In this document: piece after piece, positions 14,450 through 27,449 of the stretch
Layout of the letters: every line of letters begins with the position of its first letter
Position numbering within the stretch: position 1 is the stretch's first letter
DNA from: Raillietiella orientalis
Taxonomy: Eukaryota
DNA length: 64,000 nucleotides
Assembly (NCBI GenBank): GCA_036172245.1
Contig: JAYWIR010000015.1
Span: forward strand, 3,410,001-3,474,000
Direction: 5' to 3'
Notes under the pieces: model-generated
Seen by the model: the letters and a program-made list of their open reading frames with translations, nothing else
Databases searched by the model: none
Told to the model about the DNA's origin: nothing
Made by a program: the position numbers and the translations under genes

Positions 14450-16650
14450 GTTAATCAATCTACAATCAGAAAATGGAAAAAAAGAAATTAATCAGGATGA
14501 ATAAATCTCTTTCATGGCGCTTTGTTATACAGCATCTGTCAGACTACGCACAACGAGAGCCAGAGCAAGATGCTACGCCATATCGAAGTGATTGCAGTTT
14601 GATGCACAGCTGAATGCATCTTGGAAGAAACCACAGAGAGACGATATCTAATACACCACCAATGAAGCAGATTTGTAGTGCTGCTACATCAGAGATGGGA
14701 TACAAATTTGCTTGTATCTTTAGTGCCGCCTCAGAATCCCAGCGCCAGCTCCATCTCCAGGATGTCAGTAAAAGCTGGGCGCCTCCCAGCTATTTGTAAT
14801 TTGGATTTGGCTCTGTCCAGTTCTCATGCGCAAACTTCAAGCAGAATTCTGCTGACTTCGAATAAGCATCCGCACATCTGAGACGAAAGGGTGATTCCAT
14901 AACTTAAATGATATATTAATCTAGACAGGCTACTGCAGGATCTTTGGAAAACCTTCTTGAAAGTCTTTTCTAGTATACCACAACGAAACTTATCCTAGTT
15001 TCCGCCGAAATGATTAGAAGTAAGAAGATTTCGTCGCTGGCATCTTCCTTGATTTGGCTCCTTACGAATTCTCTCGAAAATGAAGCTAGAAGAAGCTATG
15101 GCGTCTTCACGGATCCCTGTTCCGTTGAAACGGAAGTCCTGAATTGAGAGCATTTCCTTCCGTTTCAGAATAGCCACCTGACCTCTCCCTTTCTACTCAG
15201 ACAACATGAGGACGAAAACTGGCAGAAGACATCGGAAGGATGGAATCTCTTTCTGATCTGACTTCCCAATGAAAGCTCAACCATAACTCACCTTTCAATC
15301 CTATTATGCAATTGTGCCAAATGAAACCTAAACAAGATACCCAGTGGACCTTCGAGATCGATCTTATCACTTCTCACAAAGCAGTCTCGCACTCAGCTGT
15401 GTGGAACACAGGTGATCAGTTAAGCAAGAGAAAACTCTTGCTTAACTGATGTTTTCTCTATCCCATAAGGATACTCAGCTGAGCATATAGCGAGAAGGAG
15501 GAAGCTCCCCAATAAGACGAAAGCTGAAGAAATATGTTCAACATGGGAACATTTCCTAATGCAATGTGCTGAGCTGATCGCCTGCTCCTTAGACTTCGTG
15601 CGTACCACTCAGGAGGAGTAAGGGGCTACGTTTGCGTGGACACCGTCAAAGGAGTCAATGTGCAATGAGAATCGGCAGGAATTCCTCATGAGTTTCGTGA
15701 CTGACAATCACAAACATTCTGGCCAAGCCCACCAACGTTCATGCGGGGAATCACCAGTCTGATTTCACTCTTAAAAAGCAGTTCTTGGTGCCTGCTTTCG
15801 CTCTTGGTATTATTGCTTCTCCCACCAGTTTCCCACCAGGAATATGACACGAGTAGGTGGGTTGGCAATAACTTTTTCTTTCAAAATGCTGAAAACGAAC
15901 GTTGAGATGCCACGAACACCACTGAACGCAAATATGAGTCAGAAAATTGAGCATCAGCCCAAGTTGTCGACTGGGCTCAAACTTCTTGTCCAGAGTTAGG
16001 TAGTAGGTCGATGCAGATGATATACAGCTTTCCAAAAAGAAACTCCTAATGATTATTTAAGGAATGTTCTTTTGTACTGCCTGTACTTGAGGGTTTCCGA
16101 CTGGACCTTTTCCTAGAAATAGCTTAAGCTCTTCGGTATCTGAAAGGAAGGCAATGACGAAAATGGAGAAAATGTGAGTGGATCCTGTCGTCACTTGGAA
16201 GGTTCCGACTACGACGACTAGGACTGAAAAGTACCCACATCAACAACATGGTTTTCGCAGTCTCCTGCTACAAGGAACGAACTTGGGATGCTGTGTACTC
16301 CCCGCGTATGTGGTTAGGTGATCAACAGGTTCTCAAGAGGTCGTTCAGTTTGAAGAACTTTCCCTCATCGGGGAAAGACAGATTTCTGCTTTTCCATGCT
16401 CATGAGCAGCCATGAGCTGGTGCCCATGATGGATTGTTTTTCAGGATCAAAGGATCCTTTTCTGAGAGATAATGTGGTTGCACTGAGACCTCTGAGTGAA
16501 CACCAACTCATGAAGTTCCTTACACGCATTCACCACACAAAGGCTTCCGAGGGTGGATCTTGTAAAACCCAAAAGAGGGGACACGTCTGCTCCCATTCGA
16601 AGCTGTTTTTTGAAGTTTCAATGGAAATGAAATTGAGGAAATGACGATGA
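14450..16650 (-). mobile_element. Decayed LINE RT
   Basis: SYCQPTYS..KLVGEAII (YRPIS..KL.E.II), IDSFDGVH (D..KAFD.V.H), TCVPHS (GVPQGS). Confidence 0.5.
15415..15450. repeat. Perfect inverted repeat, 16-bp arms, 4-nt loop
   Basis: atcagttaagcaagag-AAAA-ctcttgcttaactgat. Confidence 0.95.
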
Positions 16651-17176
16651 CAGGAATTTTGTGCTAAGGGGCAAGATTTTATCACAGAATTTCATACGAC
16701 TTGACAACATTGATCCATTTAAACAAACGATACCAGAAAAACTACTGCTGCTTGGTTACCCTGTTGTCATTTCAACATGAACACATCAAAGGTGAAAAAA
16801 TGGATTGACGACAGCCTCCTCTTTACAGCTCACAGCCATCTGAAAGATAAGTGATCGTTACGATCTCATCTTGACAAACATTAAAATAAAATCCTCTTAA
16901 AGTTCCGAGGGCTCGAAAAGAAATGTATAAACCTCAGGCACCCCTAGAGTGCTAGGCATGCATTGGCTGGCTTCATGTTCTTCAGTTAAATTCTGAAGTT
17001 ACGAGTGATCGCCACTCCAGGAACTGTGGTGTCGAACACTGGCTTCAGATATTCCACAGATATCCCTGTTATCATGCACTGGTAGTAGCAGCGGAGTTTC
17101 GATCGAAAGATGGTAAAGTCATTCTCGAGATCACGGAGGATCCCTAATGCAGCGAGTTTTCAAGAGAAAACAAAAA

Positions 17177-17222
17177 GGTGTTAATGCCAAGTGGTGTCTG
17201 GACACTAATTGGCATTAACACC
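17177..17222. repeat. Near-perfect palindrome (14-bp perfect outer arms; 22 pair positions, 2 non-Watson-Crick)
   Basis: ggtgttaatgccaa gtggtgtc TG gacactaa ttggcattaacacc. Confidence 0.9.
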
Positions 17223-17399
17223 GGACACCCTGTCAAGTTCTGAGAACCAAATGAATCAAAGATCCCCGCTCTTTACGGGTGAAGCCATGGGTGTCAAGCT
17301 GGTTAAATCACATTAAGCAACTCCTTCGGTTAGTCATAGATTCAGCAGGAGTTTGAAAACGAAGAGGACCCAGTTCACCATCCAAAGCTGAACCCTCAC

Positions 17400-19700
17400 T
17401 TCAAGTTCGGTTTTGCTTTCCAAATAGACATCACACTGCTCTCGGAATGATAGAAATGTCTGATCCAAGAGAACAGAAGTTGCACTTTGCAAGCGCGAAA
17501 AGAATCTCGCTGCTGTCGTCAAAAAACCTTCAGCTGCCGAAAACATGCAGCAAGCTCTGGCTTCCTTGCTCATTGAGAGAAGGCTCTTGATTCGGCTCCT
17601 TCTTCCAATGAGAAAATTTTATCCCAGGTATAGAGGGGGAAGCAGTCACTGCATCTTGGTTTGACAGCGGAAAGCGGAAGATGCAGGCTTCTCTTCTGTC
17701 CTTTCTTTCTTTCTTCTTATCTAAAGACATCACAAGATGCACCCTCTTTTATCTATCCGGAAGAAATCCTCCTGGATAGCAGAAAAAAAGACTACTCTGG
17801 AAGAGAATGCAAATTGCACGGATACTGGTTGCATCTTCCTAAAAATATAGAGTTCCTCCTGCTATCAGGGAAGAAAGCACTGGAAATGTTCGACAGCTAT
17901 TCAAGGCTACTCTTCAGAAGTGCCATCCCGAGAGCTTGGGAATTCTTGAGTGAAAGTGAGGAACTAGTGAGAGTTAAACCACTCTTCAGTCATCCATCGT
18001 GGATTACCTTTGCTTAATGGATTTAGCAGAGACGTCTGGTGATGTTTACGTCAGCCCAACCGATCTCCATGTTCAGATACGCACGGAGGAGTCAAGGTCA
18101 TGAAAGGCAATCTCATATAAAAGTAGTCATTCAGCTCTGTGGCCAAATCCACCACGTTGTTTCCTTTGCTTTCCTCTTCCGGAGGTTACCTGCTCTGCTT
18201 CAGTGGCTCATACATGCTTAATGTGACTAACGCAAAAAGTTCGCCGGAGCTCAAGCGTACGCAAGGAAGACTCACAGGTGGGGAAAAAATGCCTACTGAC
18301 TACCACATGGTTACTCCCACTAAAGAAAGGAGCAACGGACTCCTGTTCTCGACAAAGCAATGTGTGTTCAAGAGATTACGAAAGCGCTGAAATTACCGAA
18401 AAAGTCATCGTTTTATTTTTCCCTTAGGCGCTTCAACATTTTTGCACAGGTGCTTCACATTTAGGAGCGAACGCAGTGCCGGCTGCTCACCTTTTTCGAT
18501 CATTTCCTTCTCCATCTGCCGGTAATCTTTTTTGACACGGTGGAAGTCCCGTGCGTCCTTCTTCCTCACTCGCATTTATTATGAAGGAACTCGGAGAGCC
18601 ATGCTGGACACCTGAAATCCAAGTCTGGAGCCAATATCACTTCTGTTCCTCAAAGCTTTTTAGCATCGAACGAACCACTTGAGATTTTGCGCTAACAAAT
18701 CTCTCAGACACTCTGCCTGAATTTTTCATGGATTTCGAAAGTAGGCTATGAATACTCTCGGACTCATGTCATCCTGTTAGCTGGTGGGCGTTGGACTCCT
18801 AGAGAGCACAACAGAAAACAAAGTTGCAGAAGAGTAATGAGCATGGCTCAGAGCTTGATGGAAGTGCTGCAAGTGCTCGCAGAAGAAAATCCAGAATGCA
18901 ATCAACAGCTAAAATGTCACCTTTGGCGCATCTGAGTGACATCGTCATAAGCGTGACCAAGAGGGAAACCCTGGTGATTTATCGGCTGCTTGGCCGCATG
19001 CGGATGACTGCGTATCCTATTCCGAAATCCCGATCCAGAGGTAGGTTCTAGAGGAAGAAAACTGAGAAAGTGCCGCAGGCAGTCAGGAGAACGTGATGCA
19101 GCCGAGTTGAGACCTTGGGAAACTTAACAGAACCTCCAGAGCCAGGAAGAAGGGGTAGCTGACACGCTTTTCAACCATCTGAAATGGCGCATCGTTTTCA
19201 GTTAGGATTCTTCGCTTCGTCCATGTGCAACCGAGCGGATTCGGGGAGCCTTCTTTTCTCGGGAGGTCCCACTGCCTCCCAAGGATTGTTATTTTCCCTG
19301 AGCATGTTACCTCCACGACATGTACTTCTTGAGTGGCGGGAGGGATGCAGTTTACACGCCTAAACATCGTAGGAGCGGTCCCAGAGGTTGTGTGTGCATT
19401 TCTGCTGCAGTGTCCATTCGTTCTTCCGCGTCCTTGCTGAGACCATCCTTTCCCGACGAAGGCCCTAGGTTGTTTATTTACCAGCTCTTGCCTCATCCTG
19501 ATGTGCCTCCGCAAAATTTGGAAAACAAGACTCTCACTTCTCAATGGAATGCTTCCGCCCGTAACAAGGCGGCAATTAGTGGTTCGGGAATGGCGGTTTT
19601 CTCAAAACAGGGTTTGCCCTTCGTCCTACGCATAGACACATTCCAAAAGGCTTTCCTAATTTATACTCTACCGTAAACTCCTCCGTGCCCAGAGTACCTA
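17400..19700 (-). mobile_element. Decayed Ty3/Gypsy pol (RT-RH-IN)
   Basis: KAFWNV, KTAI, GKDGLSKDAEE...PLLRCLG (RT end), RILTENDAPFQMVEK (RNase H), GNPRW..FNSH*FLTF (integrase), in Gypsy domain order. Confidence 0.6.
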
Positions 19701-19888
19701 ATGACTCTCACACACGTTGATGTGTACTCATCTAAACCTCAAGAGCACCACCACTTTGGCGATGTCTCTTCACCCGCACCATCTATGAGCAAGCAGAAGA
19801 AGCGCTGCCGCGTTCTCGCCGTCTCGTGGAAAGAGGGTCTCTGTAAGACTTGCCCTCGGAGCGACGCGGGGTGGGAGTGGGGGGGTCA

Positions 19889-19932
19889 TGTACTGCGTTA
19901 GGGGGAGGACAAATTCCCCCTAACGCAGTACA
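19889..19932. repeat. Perfect inverted repeat, 18-bp arms, 8-nt loop
   Basis: tgtactgcgttaggggga-GGACAAAT-tccccctaacgcagtaca. Confidence 0.95.
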
Positions 19933-20299
19933 ATCGGGGATCGATGACTGCAGGAACACTCAGCTGTCTGTCCCGCATCCTTTGCGTGCCTAATGAGTGA
20001 TTCAAGTCGACAGAGACACTCTGCTGGCAAGGGAAATTACAAAATGGCTTCCTTCAAAAGCACACATAAACGTACACACACAAAGAAAGATGAAAAAAGA
20101 AAAAGAGATATTCCCACGCGCACGCGCACATCTTGCATTAAATACAGGGGTTAAATTCTCTTTGAGTGACTACAGGGCTGAGTTTCTTGAGACAACAGTC
20201 AAGGCACGGGAGCTCTTCGGCTGGAGATGCTGGGGTGTAGCCACATAAACAAAGCAGATAAATAGGCCACAGTCCGGACTAACTGTATGTAAATCACGT

Positions 20300-20650
20300 T
20301 ACAAGAATTGTGGAATTTCGCAGGATAGTTGGGAGGTGGAAGGGCAGGAGAAAAATCACCTCGTCTGCATTGAGAGGAAAGCTTGGATCCCGTTGCAGCT
20401 TTCCTGCACGCGAACTGGAATTCAGCAGGCGATTCGGTCGAATTGCTCAGCAAACGTCAGTAACTCCATCCTATCTGATGCCTGGGAATGCACTCCGGAT
20501 GCAGATTTCTGTCACGGGAAAGCGTACTTTCAGTTCGGAGGCAGATCAAACGCACGCGGCCCCTGTTTCCTGAAATCCGTCTTCCCGGTGCGCTTTCTCT
20601 GGATGTGGTGCGACAGCGAACTCTACGGGAGACTGCTGCCACACGAGGTC
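20300..20650 (+). mobile_element. Merlin/ISXO2-like transposase remnant
   Basis: VCIERK...QAIRSNC...SILSDAWEC resembles the ISXO2 I.SD.W..Y motif. Confidence 0.4.
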
Positions 20651-20949
20651 TTGTGCGTAGGAGTCTTTGAGCGCTCGCAGGCTCCAGCTTCCGCACCAAG
20701 GGATTTTCCAGATCGCCCACAAGAGTGCAGCGCGAGCGCGGTTGAATCCTCGCAGCTCGTAAATCAGGACTCGCATGAAAGAGGCCCTCTGATGACTCGC
20801 TGGCAGATCGTAAGCAAGCTGCCGCATCCGGTCGGATTCTCAGCAAGCAGATTCGTACTTTGCTCGGAGGCGGCGTCAAGAGCGTGCTCCAAGCTCTGCA
20901 GTGTGTGCCACGGGCGCAGGAAGCTTGGCGGGGAGTCTCATTAGCGAAT

Positions 20950-21950
20950 TTTATTGTGGCCATGGCTGAACTAGAAAGGACACTGGAGTTGGAAAGAGAG
21001 AGGAAAGAGAGAGGAAGGTTTAGGGAAACCAGGAGAAACCAACTCCTACTTCCCCTTGTAATGATGCTTGAGCAAACCGTTGCTGGTCCGAAAGACGTCA
21101 CAAAAATGCCAAATGGATACGTCATGCTGATGAGATTTGATAAGACGATGGTTTTGCTGGGGGCGCTCTTCAATTGCGCACCCTTTGTAGGCAAATGGTG
21201 TTTGCTTTGGTACAGGTGCTACGGCTCCTCGCAGGGTTTCACAAAGCAGCTGCGTCCAAGTGGCAAGCCATCCTGCAGCTAGAATTACTTGGGAAAAGGA
21301 GCTGGGTGTCCAATTTAAAGAGAGTCATCTGAAGACAATGCGGGGAAAAGCTCCCTGCCTTTGGTTGCGTGCTTGCTCGTGCTGGAAAGCCAAAAATCTC
21401 ACTCGAAAGAGAGCGAAGCATCACATCGAGCACCAGGCTGAAGAACGAGACATGCGAACATGGAAAAGCCGGGAAAGCCTTCAGAACTTCACTGATTATT
21501 CCAGACAACTCTCAGAAGCCCACGCGCTTGTCCAGTGTCCACGTCTCGTTGCGAAAGGATGAAGCCGCAAGCACGCCTACACGAATCTGACAACGAATGT
21601 GAAGATGGTGGTAGTCACCGTGGAACATCCCTCCAAATCAAGGAAAAAGTACTGACCATTCTCTCATCATCAGGCAAGGATCCTTCACTAAAGCTTCAGC
21701 GCTTTTCACGCTGCTCCATTGCTCCCTCCTCTGAATTCGAGGTAAAGGGATCTGCTACTTCTTCGAATCAGTCCAACTCCGAACCTTTGTCGCAGATCAG
21801 TTGGAGAGAGATCGTGATCGTTCTGTTTGGAAGTTGCTTCCTTTTCCAGAGAAATCGGAAACCACGGAGAGTAGGTACCCTCACAGGAGCACAGCTCTGA
21901 CTTGCTTGATCTGCGTCAGATCATGCTCAAGAATTCCCACATGCTAATTG
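20950..21950 (+). mobile_element. Gypsy gag-like remnant
   Basis: ITWEKELGVQFKESHL and SRESLQNFTDYSRQLS (TW..L...F / Q..ES...F pattern). Confidence 0.35.
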
Positions 21951-22299
21951 CCGTCGATGTCCAAAAAAAGATCCGCAGCCGAAAGCTGCGGAGCAGCGGA
22001 AAGCAATGATCAGATCTGAAGCTCTGGGATAGCTGATGACGAGAGGAAGTGGATGAGCGGCATATAAAACATCCTTGATTTCCGCAGCGAAAGGATGCAA
22101 CGTGAGAACAGATGCAAGGGATTAGTTCACGAATAGTTCAGCTTCACCCGGGGCTCCTCAGCTCTCCGCTAATTTGCTCTCTTTTCTTCCAGCCCTCATT
22201 ATTAATAACACTGCTGATTCCAATATCTGCGCGTGAAGTGACATGCTGGCACTCGGTGATGCAGCGCAGGCAGCCTACGTCTCTAGCATGCCATGGGGA

Positions 22300-23340
22300 G
22301 TATAGATTGTTCTAGACGTCAAAGAAAGATGGCATGCAGAACCTCAGCATGTTTTTAGATGAAAGCACGCGATTCTGATCCAACGAGCTCACAAACGTTT
22401 TCAAATAGGGAGCAACGGGGTCACGTCGCGTTTCACAGTACTTGGGAGTAGCGAAGAGATTGGAAATGAGGAGGTGAAGAAGAGAAAAATGTGGATCGAG
22501 TGTGCCGATGCTTGAGAAAGACAGCGAAGTTTGCGTTCTCGCTGAAAGCGGGCATTTCTGACACCCTTGGAAGGAACCAGAAAAAGAGTAGGAGTTATTT
22601 TTTTTTATCTAGAGATAAGATTATATCATCAGGAATGTTTCAGGAAAGGAAACTGTGGCATTTCTGCATCAAGCGCGGAAATACAAAAGCGCGGAATCAG
22701 GCAATGAACGCAACTACAGTCTCTGGTGCTGACAGCAGCCAGTGATCCTGATATAATGCTTTGGCAAGAGCTGCTGCGTCCTGTATCCACAGGGAATATT
22801 GGCTGCCATCTCTCGAGCGATCTTCCCAGCAAAACTTCCATTGCACGATTCGTCGTGTTTCCGGAAACTCGAAATTTTCCAAAATCACCGAATCCCGTCG
22901 AAGTCGCCTCCCAGACATGAATTCCTTGCAGAAAATGACCGGTTCAGTCCTTTCTTTATAAACTTTGCTTGAACTGACCTTCACTTCGGAAGTAACGCGG
23001 TTAAGCAGTCGTATCCCGTACCAAATTTCCTACTCTGCACAGATGCCTGTGTGAATACATGGATCTTCAGACAAGGATAGAAGTTTAAAAGGGTAGAGTA
23101 TCTAGATGTCAAGTGAAACATAATTGGGGATGTATCTTCGTACGATTACTCCCAATAGTCCTCATCGGTATGAGAGCAAGAAAGGAAACGAACAGGGAAA
23201 GGAGAATTACGTATGACTCGGGAGAAACCTAAAGTCCACATTCATTCAGAGAAGGATTCTGGGATGTCTCCCACAGATAATGAAGGTGAAAGAAGAGTCC
23301 CGTGATCGCCTACGACGCTGCTTCTTCACAAATGCCACCG
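22300..23340 (+). mobile_element. Decayed LINE RT
   Basis: VSTGNIGCHLSSDLP (TG..QGC.LSP.LF) and an upstream KA..D.L.R-like motif. Confidence 0.4.
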
Positions 23341-23344
23341 CAGC

Positions 23345-24700
23345 TACCACTTTAATTTGGTTCAGTGCTGCCGATCCTGTCTGAAGAGCTCCTGCATGCC
23401 ATTAACCGAGTGGCAAGGATTCTGCAAGGACTCAACCGCTCTCTGAGGATTTTGCTCCTTAAAGCATAGAGTTGCACGTCGCGCCGGAAGAGACTCAATG
23501 CAGTTGCAGCAAGACTGCTTTCTGGAACGGAAAAGCAGGGACTCTCCATCACGAAGTCCGTGAGATCTAGAGGTTCTCATGGTGTTTCAAAAAATTCCTT
23601 CGAGTGCTCTGGTGCACAAGAGGGGATAGTTTCGAGTGTAACCACCATTATGTGCTATGCCCTGGGTGATTCCTGTGGTCGTAATACAAACTTTCCTTCC
23701 ACTTATGTCGGCTAAGCACTGTCCTGAACTCCATTGAAATTGAACATGGGCCTCCATGAACAGGGCATTCCTCATGAATGTTGGAAAATTCTCTTCACTT
23801 CAAGATAGTGCAAGTATCGTCCAAACCCACCGTGATGAACACTTTAATAGAGAGTGAAGGAGACACCATGATTCTCAACCGCATTCAATACTCTCCCGTC
23901 TCCGTCTTTTGACATTTTAGAACCTTCATTCCTTTGCAGCTTTTCCATAGAGGTCAAAACCAAGAACATCTCTTTGTTCTCAAGTTCTTGCTAGCATCCT
24001 TAAAGGGTAAGGCACGAAAATGCTAACTTTTATTTAGAGATCTGAGACTTTGTAAGAAGAGGTCAGAGCGAGAACTGGAGAAGAATGCGGGAGCAACGAC
24101 GGTCTGGCTGATGGAACAGTTGTCATGTTTCTCCAGTTTCCATCTCTCGAGAGGAAGAAACCAGAAGAGGAAACTTTTCTACTCTCAGGGACTAAATTCA
24201 CGCTCAGGGAAGAAAAAGGACGTCACTGGATCAAAGATTCGAAAGAGATACAGCGAGATGCTTGGATAGGAGACCGCCGCTGGGAAGCTCAGATGCCGTA
24301 GACACTGTTTTACCACCTTCGCTGTGGGAAAGCAACACAGGACGGAGGCGAATGATCTGATCAGAAGTCGTCGCTTCGAGAAGAATTCTTCTCTGGAAAT
24401 CACTTTGTTCACATCCAAAGCATGCCTCTCGACCATCCCAACTCCTACCTTTAGTCTCCTGGCAATGCTACAGCAGGCGGTCGGGAGTGGCCTCTATTTT
24501 GTTTGTCTTTGACTGTTGCAATCTGGCAGAGAAGCATCTGTTCCTAAACTGCTCTCCCTTTCCGTTTCCAGCAACAATCTTGCTTTTTTTCAAGGATGTA
24601 GTAGTAAAGGGGATGTACTGGAACTTATTGGGTGCATCAATATTAATTCACCCAATTCCTGTCCATAGTGATGTCGATTTCGTGGAGCCACCGCGAAGCA
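23345..24700 (-). mobile_element. Decayed LINE RT
   Basis: VISREEFF...LYLFRIF; TTGITQG...YPLL. Confidence 0.5.
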
Positions 24701-24749
24701 CTAATTCTCCCTTCAGGATATGGCATCAAAGCACAGAAATAGGAAAAAA

Positions 24750-27100
24750 AATGTGTGCGTTCTGCATTTGTTTTCGCTGCAGGGCCACTATGGGTTCGTA
24801 CTTCTCGGGTTACTTACTTCTGGTTGCTTACTCCCCCTGAGGGAGGGCATTGCCGCGGCTAGGGAAGTTTTCTTCGCCCACGCACACGTGGTGGGCTGCA
24901 CGATGACCTCCTGCAGGAAGCGGCTGTTGTAGGAGTGCAGCAGTCGCTGCCGCATCTCTGGGCTCGCTTCATTGTTCTCGGCCCATATGCCTGATTGCGT
25001 TTCCTGCAACCAGGCACCGTCGTTCACGGGCCGGCAGAAGATCTAGTGGTTGGTCCCGGTCAGCTTGACCACTCGCCGAAGCTCCAGTCAGCAGCATGAC
25101 ACGTTGCGCCTGCGCCGCCGCGCCAGGGACGAAGACAGTCCCGCGTAGCCGGTGGCTCCCTTGACCAGCTATTGTGCAGGCTCGCACCAGTTTGTGATCC
25201 AAAACTTCGCTGCTAGGCCTGCTCAGCAAGGACAGAAACCTCGCGTAGAACAGAAAGGGAAAAGCCGACTTGATCCAGATTTTCAGTACGAATACGGACC
25301 GCGAAAGCTTTTTCACGGAGAGCTCCTGCCGTGAATCTTGCTCTTCTCGTACTTCAAATGTCCTCTGGAACACGATTCGAAGTGCCATCGTTTATTGCTG
25401 ACCAAGAATCTTCCGGACAAATCCAAATGCCTTTCTTTTTAGCTAGTGAATCTTTTTTCCGATCCTCTGGAGAAGATCAGCATTCGTTAGGGGGAGAAGG
25501 GAAAAGCATGCAAAAGAGGAGTTTGGCTCTTCCGAGTGAAGGAGAGGCTGGCATTCATGAGTTCTTCTTCCTCCCTTTGAAATTCGTCTGCTATCGTGAA
25601 ATTTAAAAGTGAGCCTCTGATCTCTTGAGAATTTGAGAGAAGAACTGCTCAGTCTTCCGAAGTCACCGGTGATGTGTCCTTAAAGTCACCATCCTCACCA
25701 CAAGACATCTTTCATGGAAACAGCATCCGTGAAATGAAAGGTCCGGCTAAGACAGAAACTCAATCAGGTCACTAGAAAACTTCGAGTCCGCAGCTCCTCG
25801 GTACATGTAAGCACCATGGACAAAAGAATCGTTAAGCTTCAGGAGCAACATGAATACACGGATATAAGAAAAAAAAACAAAAGCACTCAAACAAGGACAC
25901 TTGTTTGCGTCAGAGACTCCCTGGCGCCTCTGATGTAGAACCGTTGAAAGTGAGGACGATTCCCAAGAGAGGCCGAACGAAGCATCCACTTCATAAGAAG
26001 CCTCACTTCCAACATCTGGTGCTTTGTTGCTCTTCCTAGGAAGGGATGGGACCTCTCTGAACATGCTCGTGGACCGCGAATTTTGGAAGCAGGGTTTGGC
26101 CCAAACCTGTGGAGATCTTCTCCTCAAGAAATCCCAGACCGTCACCATCTGTAGACTTTCCGTTAAACTAACGCCTTGCTCTACCTTTTCCGCGAAAAAT
26201 TCTCGAAACTTCTCCCCTTCCCTCGGAACTCTGGGATCTGTAAACCGTGGCAGAGGCCTTTGCCCAAGTGCTCCTCTGGGGAATAGAGCTCTGAAAACAC
26301 CCGTCTCCAGGTACCCAGCTCGTGTTCCGAGTGATCCCGTTTTGCGCTGACGGAACACTTGCCCATGGTCAAGTTCTTGACCATGGGCAAGTGTTCTTCT
26401 TGACGCACTTCTTCCCAATCAAGCAGTCAGATGGTACAATCCGTTTTGCGATCGCCAAGGGAAAATCTGGTGACGAGAGAAGGAGCTATTACCAGGAAAA
26501 TTCAGTAGAACATTTCTCATGAGTTGCCAAAGGATTCGATACCTTTTGTAGATGACCTCTTTGCTGAACGACGCTCTGGATAATGCTCTCCTATTGTCGG
26601 AATTTAATTGCCTCGAGAGGTCGAAACAGAGAGAGAGATGCTAGGATCATGATTTTTTGGAATGAAGGATCTCTTCGATTGCTGCTGCAACAAAAGAAGA
26701 ATTCATTCTTTCTTCTCTCCTTTTCTTTTCTTGAAAACTCCCTCGGTCTTCTAGAAAGGCTACCTCCGTCTACTTCTGCTAGCCACTCTAGGTGGGATCC
26801 GATTGTAGAGTCTAGTGTTGTTCTAGAAGGCTCCTAAAACCATCATCTGCATCCATCGGGGAATGGTAGAGGGAATTATGCTCTCAGACGGGGTTCGAGG
26901 TGACACTCAGAAGCAAGAACTGCCCATCTCGGAAACTTTCGTTGGATGCTGAAAGGGTGGCTTCCCCCTTCTGGCTAGCACGCCGAGCGTGCATTTCCTT
27001 GAACAGGAACACCTTCAGGTGTTTCTGGTGACCCCAATTGATGTTGAGCATCCGTTGGATGTCCGTCCTCACGCATCGGGATCCGAGACTATGTTATCCG
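24750..27100 (-). mobile_element. Decayed L1/Tx1-like ORF2
   Basis: EN LFKEMH (LQETH); WDFLRRRSPQV; SWESSSLSTV (NWRPISL); LSVKKLSRSVFVLKIW (post-RT). Confidence 0.55.
26353..26396. repeat. Perfect inverted repeat, 21-bp arms, 2-nt loop
   Basis: gaacacttgcccatggtcaag-TT-cttgaccatgggcaagtgttc. Confidence 0.97.
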
Positions 27101-27449
27101 GTTGCTTCACGGTGCTTCTGTTTCACGGCAATGAAGAGAAAATAAAATAAGAACAGGTAGAAGAGGAAAGCTGTTCGTGAGACACACGCACGGATTCCAA
27201 ACCCCAGAGTGACACGTATATCCACGAGAGGGTCAAGGGACGGCCTCCGAAAAAGCCGAAAGAGAAAGCAATGTTCGTAGGATTGCTGGATTCCGTGGCG
27301 AGAGTCTAACGGTGCTCAAGTAGAAGCAAGACAAGGGCGAGCAATGGTCCCTGAGATTCCAGCGATTCTCTTAACAGGAAAGTAAGAATCACGTATCCAG
27401 CAGTGATGAGAGGAAGGGCCTCTTTGTATCGTCTGCTTGGAATGTCAAT